This document shows positions 29,701 to 36,816 of a DNA stretch of 64,000 nucleotides, piece after piece. The translations under genes were made by a program, and so were the position numbers. A model generated the notes under the pieces. It had not been told where the DNA came from. It worked only from the letters and a program-made list of their open reading frames with translations, and did not search any database. Source of the DNA: Ignavibacteria bacterium UBA7675 (GTDB lineage Bacteria; Bacteroidota; Ignavibacteria; Kapaibacteriales; UB7675). Location: positions 5,313-69,312 of the forward strand of contig DLHF01000046.1 of assembly GCA_002483085.1 (NCBI GenBank). Direction: 5' to 3'. Every line of letters begins with the position of its first letter. Position 1 is the stretch's first letter.

Positions 29701-29980
29701 CCGGTACACCGGTCAGCCGCTGTTTGTCGAGATGCCGGGCGGCACAGTAGAAACAGATGGTATGATAGAACTCCGCTACGGCGTTCCTTTTGCCAGCGAT
29801 GTACATATCGAAGTGTACACAGCTATGGGGCAGATCCTTTACAAGTACAGCACTTCGTACAGCGGAGCTACACAAGATCAGTATGTCGTCGACCTGCGGC
29901 ACTGCGCTCAGCAAATGCTTATCGTGCGGTGCTGGATCGCAGGTCGATGGATGACAAAGCAGGTGTTGCTGGTGAGATAA
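26783..29980 (+). CDS. giant T9SS cargo protein, paralogue 2: same N-terminal domain, 3 Cys-containing Ig-like repeats, conserved C-region, T9SS C-terminal sorting domain
   Basis: The listed ORF starts at 26510 but reads through the repeat element. The true start is probably TTG/GTG near 26783-26795, giving signal peptide (M)AVRVLIVFLALVCLPAMCSAAG. N-domain motifs DNRGVDFYFTFLPNYH, DAMMVLPTDVL, GGHQRSLLPV, YGYGFADSYGYVGGMAF. Tail IEVYTAMGQ... Confidence 0.7.
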   Translation: MAVRVLIVFLALVCLPAMCSAAGQPDNRGVDFYFTFLPNYHSNDNSNIRDSLYLVIAAEEAATGVITLRDINGTETTINFSIPDPATVYRTGLPWRPYELRGCNRNGTLNFGGADNQNGKVAPQSVHITSDKEVAVYALSQAAKTSDAMMVLPTDVLDSLYYVMSYYSDARVETDIFGTKRLTAQSTPSQCAITAVEDNTVVTITPSVRVRNGITTPFSITLQRGDSYLLQADMYTNIPNADLTGTAIESTKPVAVFGGHQRSLLPVSSTTLVSRDFLAEQMLPVSSWGKRYLLTPFPSPPNLAAGSMDVYRILAAHDNTEIRIGEAVVATLRAGQYYQAQLKEPALVEASQDVLVAQYKGSSQESDTDRLSDPFFILVPPLKQFLKSYTFAATQVTATPAVYREQYITIFCPSAACSTIALDGIQVDQSLFKPVPLSCYSYAWIRVGDGAHRIEAEKNFGLYVYGYGFADSYGYVGGMAFTAEKEPAIVALGDTTLCRGDTARLSASGGVLYAWTGDHLSCTDCPNPTAVPEVSTLYTVAITDENGCAYERKISVRVNQPPIAVCSSDTAICTGSQVTISASGGSGVQWSPPEGLSCVDCPAPIASPRQPTMYVATVVNTFGCTAVDSVFVDVSPFPIAAIANDTTVCTDTPVLLQASGGTRYVWFPSNGLSCTNCSSPTAITSQTRMYYVQVFNDAGCSVLDSVLVTIKPCQSISSINSAVVFGEFSLCDSVEQLCSVSNVGNAPLDVFSWALRGNNATAFSAFPVLPNGSDFPVTLAPGDSLHFRIVFHPEYTGSLTAQLAVQTSGAPSEAVCVLQGGGVKGTVAFSLVPRIAATEAGAVAGFDIRADNGDWNNAALNQLVLEVNYQTEWLAYAGTIIPGAAVDNTWQFTAEEQLEGNGTYTTVITAVGATPLAASGTIATVQMDVFLDTDRLLTPTLRVVPIGRERCVEVQTTAEPLDVSTCARQLRPIRYTGQPLFVEMPGGTVETDGMIELRYGVPFASDVHIEVYTAMGQILYKYSTSYSGATQDQYVVDLRHCAQQMLIVRCWIAGRWMTKQVLLVR

Positions 29981-30019
29981 TGCATCTCGATGCACTCGCG
30001 ATACATCTTGCTCAACTTA

Positions 30020-30226
30020 CTAGTTTTCTATATCATCCTTAATTATAACATATGACGCTTCATTTGCATACTGGGCTTTCACCTGATTATACAACATCGG
30101 GTCATTCTCAACAGCATCGATCTGCACTTGGTGTTGCTGTTCGATGGTATTGATAGTGTGAGTGGTATAAACACCCGGGCTAAAAATCAGCGCGAGGTAC
30201 AGCATGACGCACAAAAGAGCGAACAT
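30020..30226 (-). CDS. small single-pass membrane protein (68 aa), hypothetical
   Basis: GGAGAAccaccATG Shine-Dalgarno-like spacing. MFALLCVMLYLALIFSPGVYTT hydrophobic N-terminus then hydrophilic tail. No recognisable family. Confidence 0.35.
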   Translation of the reverse strand: MFALLCVMLYLALIFSPGVYTTHTINTIEQQHQVQIDAVENDPMLYNQVKAQYANEASYVIIKDDIEN

Positions 30227-30493
30227 GGTGGTTCTCCAAAGTGGTATTGAAAAATATGAATAGGTGGTCCGCACCCGCGACGGGCGCATGGATAACAGTA
30301 CAGGCGATTAAGTTTTGGTTATGGCCATGGGCTAACAGCCGTATGAGCCTGGTGTCGACTGCATACGTGAACATTTAGAGAAGGCACAGCCCTCCTTTCC
30401 GCATAGAGTGGAAAATGTTGTGTTAATCTATGATCAATGCGATTCTGACAAATACTGAATGGGAAAAATCAGATTGGTTAGAATGAAGCTAAC

Positions 30494-30774
30494 GATTGAT
30501 TAGAGTTTGAGAAGGTATGATTGGTTTGCATAGCGGCCTCCGGTGTAACGATTATTATTGCACTGACAGTTGATTAGGAGCTCAGAACGTTGTGGTTGGT
30601 TTCCACAAAGCCTTCATTGCGATTAATTGACGTTATCAGTTAGTTGAGAAACTCAGAAGGTATGGTTGGTTCCCATAGTCTTCACTGCGATGATTGTAAG
30701 TTATCAGTTAGTTAAAAGTTCAGAAGGTAATGGCTGGTTTCCATACAATCCTTCACTGCGATGATTAACATTAG
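30494..30774. repeat. array of four degenerate ~69-73-bp tandem direct repeats upstream of the 30873 gene
   Basis: Units about 30494-30566, 30567-30636, 30637-30705, 30706-30774. The last two are cagttagttRARARYtcagaaggtaWggYtggttYccatA..cttcactgcgatgatt. Identity decays towards the 5' units. Confidence 0.75.
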
Positions 30775-30872
30775 TGTCTCTTTTTCTCGTGAACTTGGGG
30801 CAAATTTAATGTAATTTGACGGTATATACAAGAGATAAAATGGGTACCATGTTTTTTTTGTAGAATTTTAGT

Positions 30873-32360
30873 ATGAATTTTCTAAAACAAGTTATTAACC
30901 TATTAGACAAATACGAACAGAAATTAGAGTTTTTCGACGAGGCTGATCTTGCGAATACAACCTTCCACAAGCTATATGACGGTGTAAAATCAGGCAAATA
31001 CTCAACCGATGAAGAAGCCTGCGGCGACATCTACCAGCTTGAAGCACCGGATGCACGCTATCGCAATCTTAAATCGCGCCTAAAGAAAAAGTTAGCGGGA
31101 AATCTTTTCTTTCTAAGAATTGAACAGCCGGAACATTCGGAATACCTCTCCACAGTTCATGACATATTCCATCAAGTTTACATATTACATACCCTTGGTA
31201 GTTTAGGGGCATCCGTGGCAGCTAATGAGGTTGCCGAACAGATTTTTGCAAAGGCACAAAAGTTCCACCTAACCAATGCCGCTGTGGATAGCCTTCTGAC
31301 ACTTCGCAAGCGTGGAGCCTATCACGGTCAGTCAAAGGAATATCTACGCTACAGCGAATTACTCGACTACTATATTAGAGTACAAAGTGCCGAGATAAAA
31401 GCATCAAGCTATATAGAATCGATTAACATAATATTCACAAATACTAAATCTGATTCTCCCGGTATTATAGAACAATTAGAACATGCTGTCAGCGAAGTCT
31501 CTAATTTGTCAGATGAATACAAATCTCATTTCTTATTTCTCACTCATTACCGACTAAGCATTTACCTAAGCCAACTTAAAAAAGACAGTCTATTAGCACT
31601 GCAAGTATGTAATACTATAGATGAGTTCTATCACAAGTACCCTCATTTAGTAACTACGACCAGGATAGGTGAAATTGCTCTTGACAAAACCATGGCATAT
31701 TTCTATTTACGCCGCTATCGAGAGGGCGTTGAATATGCAAGACCCTATCTGCCAATATTTCGGGAAGGCGGGAATACATGGTTCACATTTAGAGAAACAT
31801 TCTGCTGGCTTCTAATCCATGGACAATGTTATACCGAGGCTCGCGAAGTTTACGAGGGGACAACTACTCACATCAGCTTCGACACTGGCATTGCCCATCG
31901 CAAAGAAACATGGCAAATCTTTGGCTTGTATCTCGCCTTTGTCGAAGGTGCAGAAACACCGGACATGGACAAGTTCATGAAAGACATGGAGGTGTACCGC
32001 GCCGACAAAAGTGGAGCCTATGTCACCGTGCTGGCTCTGAGCATTCTCGTTCTACTCCGCAAAGGCGACTACGACAGTATTATTACCCGCGATGAATACC
32101 TTAAAAAATACCTCACACGCTATCTGCGGGGTGAGGATCACGCACGTGGTGCTGCATTCTTCAAACTGCTGCGCCTTCTCGCAAAAAACGACTTTAGCTT
32201 GGATGCTGTAAAGAAGTACGGAGAGAAACACATTGCCGTGCTGTACGACGCTTCGCTCCCGCTCGACGACTACGAGGTAATGCCCTACGAACGCATGTGG
32301 GAATATGTCGTAGAGACGTTGACCGGCTCTGCGGGAACGGCTCTTCGCAGCATTAGCTAA
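30873..32360 (+). CDS. hypothetical all-alpha protein (495 aa), AT-rich orphan gene
   Basis: Long ORF in a locally ~40% GC stretch. No motifs I can assign. Helix-rich composition with Y/F/L periodicity suggestive of TPR-like packing (tentative). Confidence 0.55.
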   Translation: MNFLKQVINLLDKYEQKLEFFDEADLANTTFHKLYDGVKSGKYSTDEEACGDIYQLEAPDARYRNLKSRLKKKLAGNLFFLRIEQPEHSEYLSTVHDIFHQVYILHTLGSLGASVAANEVAEQIFAKAQKFHLTNAAVDSLLTLRKRGAYHGQSKEYLRYSELLDYYIRVQSAEIKASSYIESINIIFTNTKSDSPGIIEQLEHAVSEVSNLSDEYKSHFLFLTHYRLSIYLSQLKKDSLLALQVCNTIDEFYHKYPHLVTTTRIGEIALDKTMAYFYLRRYREGVEYARPYLPIFREGGNTWFTFRETFCWLLIHGQCYTEAREVYEGTTTHISFDTGIAHRKETWQIFGLYLAFVEGAETPDMDKFMKDMEVYRADKSGAYVTVLALSILVLLRKGDYDSIITRDEYLKKYLTRYLRGEDHARGAAFFKLLRLLAKNDFSLDAVKKYGEKHIAVLYDASLPLDDYEVMPYERMWEYVVETLTGSAGTALRSIS

Positions 32361-32483
32361 ACCGCCCCAACAACGGAAGTTTGCAGCATCCGCAGCACAG
32401 CAGAATATATGTTGCGGATTATTCGGTGTTCCTGTTTATTTTCCCTCTTGCTCCCAAGCACAGACTAATCGATGGAGGGAAAC

Positions 32484-34634
32484 ATGCTCACCAGCAACTT
32501 GTTTCGCAGTATCTACTGCATGGCGTTATGTACCATGCTGGCCGTATCTCTTCTGGCACAAACTGTCCCCGACAGCCGGGGGCGGGAATTTTACTTTACA
32601 TTCCCCCCCAACTTCCACGAAAACAACAATCGGGACAGCTTGTTTATTTTCATTGCAGCAGCACAGCCTACAACTGGAAATATAGCCTATCGCAATAGCA
32701 GCGGTACACGAATAAACCGTGTATTTACCATCAGCGACGTATCCAAAGTTTATTCTTTCGCTGTATCCTATCGCAATATCGAACTCGGCAGTGCATTCAA
32801 CAACACGGGCAGCAACCAGAACGGGAAAGTAGCGCCGCAGTCGTTCCATGTTACAGCCGATCAGGATATCGCCGTGTATGCGCTCAGCTACAGCAACAGA
32901 ACAAGCGATGCCATGATGGTGCTACCTACCGATGTGCTCGGCACGGAATATATGGTACTCGCCTACAACAGCGATGGACTCGACAAAGAGCCAACACCCT
33001 CGCAGCTCGCTGTGGTTGCTCCAGAAGATAATACCGATGTTGTTATCACCCCTTCCACTCGCGTGCTCAATGGCTCTATGGCGCCGATCAGCATTCGCCT
33101 GAACAGCGGAGACTCCTACCTGCTACAAGCCGACGTATCGCAGGCAGCTCCCTACAATGATCTTACAGGATCAACAATCAGCACGACTAAACCTGTAGCG
33201 GTGTTCGCCGGGCATCAGCGCACTGTTGTGCCAGTACGCTCATCCGCGCTCATTTCCCGCGACTATCTTTTAGAGCAGCTCCCGCCTGTGCAAGCGTGGG
33301 GACGACGGCATATACTTACGCCCTTTCCCCTTCCCGCAGGAATCCCCGCCACTGAAAATGATCTGTACCGCGTGCTTGCAGCACACGACAATACAGCAGT
33401 AGCGGTAAATGGCACACAACTCGTTGTCCTACGCGCAGGCGAGATTTATGAAGCCCCTCTGCGAACCGCAGCCGTAGTAGAAGCAAATATGGAAGTACTC
33501 GTAGCACAGTATAAACGCTCTTCAAGCCAGCAGAGCACGGACCTCCGGATCAGCGATCCGTTTATGCTCGTCGTGCCGCCGGTGCGACAATACTTGTCGT
33601 CGTATCTCTGCATCAACGCACAGAACTACGACGGTGGGAAAGTGTATCAGCAGCAGTATCTCACCATCATCTGCCCCGCTTCGTTTGTACACACTGTCAC
33701 ACTCGATGGCCAAGCAGTCGATCCCAACCGTTTCCTGCCGGTGCCTACGTCCTGCTATTCCTATGCGATTATTCCAGTACAGGACGGAGTGCACAAAGTA
33801 GAGGCTGCTACTGAAATTGGTATTTATATCTATGGCTATGGGCAGGCTGATTCTTATGGCTATGTGGGTGGAATGGCTTTTAGAAAACACCTCGGTGAAG
33901 GTGGAAATATTGCTTTTACAATGGCTCCCAGCTTCGTACATGCGTCGCCGGGCGATACGATTGCACTCGATATTCACGCCAGCAGCCTTGAATGGCAGGA
34001 TATGGCAGCAGTTTCATTTTCGATGGAACTCGCGTATAAATTTTCGTGGATGACCTACGCAGGAACGTTCACACGCGGGAATGTGCTCGACGATACGTGG
34101 TCGATAGAAGTACAGGAAACGGAAGGCGATGCGCCCGGAACGAAAAAAACTACCATTGTCGCCAGCGGCAGCACACCAGTAGCACAGGACGGAACCATTG
34201 CTACCATCCGCATGCTGCTTTTCATGAATACCGATACAGTGTACACGCCTTCGTTATCAGCATCGGTCAATGGCGATATTAACTGCGTAAAAACAACAGC
34301 AGCATCGCTACATATCGGCCTTTCGCAATGCGTTATCAATCTCAGCCCCATCCACTACTCCGGCAGTGGTTATGGGCTCGGGCAGGTGGCAAATGCCAGT
34401 GCATCCACAGGTGTACTTCGCCTGCGCTACAGCGTGGGCATTGAAGCCGAAACTCGCATCGAACTCTTCAACAGCCTCGGCGAGCGAATAAGCACACTTG
34501 TCGATACCGTAAAACCGCCGGGTGCATACGAGCAAGAAGCAGATGTCTCGCAATACGGAGCAGGTGCTTATTTTATCAGAATGGTATCGGGGCCCTACAG
34601 CCACACCCTGCCGATAGTATTGGGATCCAGATAA
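32484..34634 (+). CDS. T9SS cargo protein, paralogue 3: shared N-terminal domain and C-region, no Cys-Ig repeats, T9SS C-terminal sorting domain
   Basis: GGAGGGAaacATG at 32484 with signal peptide MLTSNLFRSIYCMALCTMLAVSLLAQT. Motifs DSRGREFYFTFPPNFH, DAMMVLPTDVLGTEY, AGHQRTVVPV, YGYGQADSYGYVGGMAF. Tail IELFNSLGE...GAYFIRMVSGPYSHTLPIVLG. Confidence 0.8.
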   Translation: MLTSNLFRSIYCMALCTMLAVSLLAQTVPDSRGREFYFTFPPNFHENNNRDSLFIFIAAAQPTTGNIAYRNSSGTRINRVFTISDVSKVYSFAVSYRNIELGSAFNNTGSNQNGKVAPQSFHVTADQDIAVYALSYSNRTSDAMMVLPTDVLGTEYMVLAYNSDGLDKEPTPSQLAVVAPEDNTDVVITPSTRVLNGSMAPISIRLNSGDSYLLQADVSQAAPYNDLTGSTISTTKPVAVFAGHQRTVVPVRSSALISRDYLLEQLPPVQAWGRRHILTPFPLPAGIPATENDLYRVLAAHDNTAVAVNGTQLVVLRAGEIYEAPLRTAAVVEANMEVLVAQYKRSSSQQSTDLRISDPFMLVVPPVRQYLSSYLCINAQNYDGGKVYQQQYLTIICPASFVHTVTLDGQAVDPNRFLPVPTSCYSYAIIPVQDGVHKVEAATEIGIYIYGYGQADSYGYVGGMAFRKHLGEGGNIAFTMAPSFVHASPGDTIALDIHASSLEWQDMAAVSFSMELAYKFSWMTYAGTFTRGNVLDDTWSIEVQETEGDAPGTKKTTIVASGSTPVAQDGTIATIRMLLFMNTDTVYTPSLSASVNGDINCVKTTAASLHIGLSQCVINLSPIHYSGSGYGLGQVANASASTGVLRLRYSVGIEAETRIELFNSLGERISTLVDTVKPPGAYEQEADVSQYGAGAYFIRMVSGPYSHTLPIVLGSR

Positions 34635-34679
34635 TCGCAACAACACAACATCGTGGCTGTATGTTGCAAAGAGATAGGT

Positions 34680-34752
34680 GGCACGGGCGTCTTTGTGACG
34701 CCCGCCCAGTCGCTGTCACCGGTCGCACGAGCCGGTTAGCCGCTGGCCAAAA
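34680..34752. repeat. solo module-A repeat copy
   Basis: GGCACGGGCGTCtttgtGACGCCCGCCCAGTCGCTGTCACCGGTCGCACGAGCC. The internal stem-loop is maintained by compensatory change. Confidence 0.6.
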
Positions 34753-34782
34753 GCCATCCGCAACTTGTGATAACAGCAATAG

Positions 34783-35193
34783 CTATTTTACAAAATAGAG
34801 ATCAGCATCGGTGTCTTTGTCTTCTTTGTAATCGTATAGTAACACACGAAATGTTAGCTTCTCGTCGGTAAGCGTGCGAACCTCGCATGAATCACCGTCT
34901 ATGACCAGTGTCCTATCGCCATTGGTCAGTTGCCATACCGTAGTTCCAATCGTAGTCCCTTCTTTTTTGGACTCTGCCCTACCATCGCTGTGAAAAGTCA
35001 CGGCGTCTATTCCAATAACGTCGCTCGCATCTTCCCCACTTACGGCTCGTAGTGCCCGCTGAAACGTCCACGAATGAGAAAGCAGAATATCCCGACGTGT
35101 TTTCTGGGTTGCAACAGGGTCGTCTGAGCAACTGGCAAACAGGAACGACACGGCCAACAGTACAATCAGGATAAGTGCCGGTTTGTTTTTCAT
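34783..35193 (-). CDS. lipocalin-like domain lipoprotein (paralogue a)
   Basis: Lipoprotein signal MKNKPALILIVLLAVSFLFASCSDD. Lipocalin_4-like LLSHSWTFQRAL...WQLTNGDRTLVIDGDSCEVRTLTDEKLTF. Confidence 0.65.
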   Translation of the reverse strand: MKNKPALILIVLLAVSFLFASCSDDPVATQKTRRDILLSHSWTFQRALRAVSGEDASDVIGIDAVTFHSDGRAESKKEGTTIGTTVWQLTNGDRTLVIDGDSCEVRTLTDEKLTFRVLLYDYKEDKDTDADLYFVK

Positions 35194-35372
35194 AGCATAC
35201 TGCCCGATAATGAGGAGATAATTGGATGATAGATTGTGGATGAGATTCCAAGTTAGAGAATTTCGCTATCTGATACAATACCACTACAGCTTCATAAGTG
35301 AAGTGCGGTTTAAAATGACAGCGGTGCGCCACAAGAGCACACCGCCATCGAATCTACTGCGCTACAAGGAGA

Positions 35373-35798
35373 CTACTTGTACGTAAGGTCGACGGGATAT
35401 GTCACCGTTTGATATTCGATGTTCGCCTTGCCCTTGAATTCACTTTCGCTCAGAGAAACGATAGTCACAACAAATTCATCGCTCGTCCCTTGGTCAAAGA
35501 CAATCTGTGTATCGTTGGAAGCGAGTGCCCAAGTAGATTCGAACGAGCCTTCGCTGCCTTCTATCTGCGCAGTGCCGTCGCTGCTGAATTTAATCTTCTT
35601 CATATACGATTCTATAATCGTTTTTACATCCACACCCATCGAGGTCGCAGTTTTCAGCTCCCACGTTTTGAGCAGAAGAAGCTCTTTTCTCGATTTATTC
35701 CCCGAAGCGGGATTGTCGTCGTCTTTGGAGCAACCTACGAGCAGCGACAAGCTGGCTATAACAACAAGAACGAGTGGAAGTACATAGCGTCGATTCAT
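35373..35798 (-). CDS. lipoprotein with lipocalin-like architecture (paralogue b, diverged)
   Basis: Internal start MNRRYVLPLVLVVIASLSLLVGCSKDD. LLLLKTWELKTATS...TWALASNDTQIVFD...EFVVTIVSLSESEFK. Confidence 0.55.
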   Translation of the reverse strand: MNRRYVLPLVLVVIASLSLLVGCSKDDDNPASGNKSRKELLLLKTWELKTATSMGVDVKTIIESYMKKIKFSSDGTAQIEGSEGSFESTWALASNDTQIVFDQGTSDEFVVTIVSLSESEFKGKANIEYQTVTYPVDLTYK

Positions 35799-35916
35799 AC
35801 CTTTACACCATACAGAGGTTTTACAACACGATTGCCGCAAGATACAAACTGATTAGCAGTTTTCATATGGATGAAGCAATTGACAGTTTCCGGCGCAGAG
35901 GAGCAGAGTTAATGTG

Positions 35917-36309
35917 CTACTTCACAAAAAACAGGTCCCTATCACCTTCTTTGTCTGGTACGCGCAATGTCATCTTCTCGTCCGTAAGCGTGCGAATTCC
36001 GCACGAATCGCTTTGTATAATCACCGTTTTATCGCCATCGACCAGTTGCCAGCCAGTGGTTCTGACCTCATCACCTTCCTTTTGGGCTTCAACTATACCA
36101 TTGGCATAGAATGTCAACACTTCTACTTCAATATCGTAAGTAACATCCTTTCCACCGGCAACTACCAGAGCTCGCTGAAACATCCAGGGGTGAGCAAGAA
36201 GCAACTCGCGACGCGTTTTCTCGGATGAGGCCGCGTCGTCGGAACAATTAGTGAACAGAAAGGATACTGCAAGCAGCACCAGCAGAACAAGAATAGGATT
36301 GCGTCTCAT
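35917..36309 (-). CDS. lipocalin-like domain lipoprotein (paralogue c, close to a)
   Basis: MRRNPILVLLVLLAVSFLFTNCSDD. LLLAHPWMFQRAL...WQLVDGDKTVIIQSDSCGIRTLTDEKMTL. About 55% identical to 34783-35193. Confidence 0.65.
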   Translation of the reverse strand: MRRNPILVLLVLLAVSFLFTNCSDDAASSEKTRRELLLAHPWMFQRALVVAGGKDVTYDIEVEVLTFYANGIVEAQKEGDEVRTTGWQLVDGDKTVIIQSDSCGIRTLTDEKMTLRVPDKEGDRDLFFVK

Positions 36310-36591
36310 GGCAGATAGTATTATAGTTAGGAAAACCGGGTTGGAGCTAAAGTTAGTAAATTTCCCTATTTACAGCAATTGCCCTGAACTGTTATCGCAT
36401 CTAAATTTTCCAGCGGCGTTTTTTCAAGAATTTCGCCACCGCGCTTTATATGCGTTTGCTCTGGCCGCTGTGCGTATGGCTATTAGTTGCAGAAGGCCAT
36501 ATCGTTGCGCCCACACACCGATGAGCACATCCTGCGGCTGAAGCTCTATGCTATTGAGTGCTTCTCTGCACAGGGCGAAGGAGGCCGGACT

Positions 36592-36651
36592 ACCACGCGG
36601 CGGACGTGCTGCGCGGTGCAGAGAACGGAGTACGCACAGCGACCGAAGCGC
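36592..36651. repeat. solo module-B repeat copy (reverse orientation)
   Basis: CCACGCGGCGGACGTGCTGCGCGGTGCAGAGAACGGAG...GCGACCGAAGCGC. Confidence 0.6.
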
Positions 36652-36733
36652 TCCTATCGCCATTGCACTGCCGACAAGGCTCTACCCGCGAGGAAAAATT
36701 TTTACCACTGCACAATGCTTTGTAATTTGCAGG

Positions 36734-36799
36734 CCGTTTCCGCGCCGCAACACGGCACTGCTTTGTTCGTCTGCACGGAAACCGGTTTTTTCTGTTTTT
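36734..36799 (+). promoter_or_regulatory. terminator/attenuator-like hairpin in the leader immediately upstream of the mutase gene, preceded by a Bacteroidota-type -7 box (TAATTTG at 36723-36729)
   Basis: CCGTTTCCG...(32 nt)...CGGAAACCGG followed by TTTTTTCTGTTTTT, 17 nt before the ATG at 36817. Confidence 0.4.
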
Positions 36800-36816
36800 A
36801 ACAGCCTGGAACATCT

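Noticed and set aside
29979-30000. Short palindrome TGCATC-tc-GATGCA immediately after the paralogue-2 stop
   Set aside because: The loop is too small and there is no T-run. It is not a convincing terminator.
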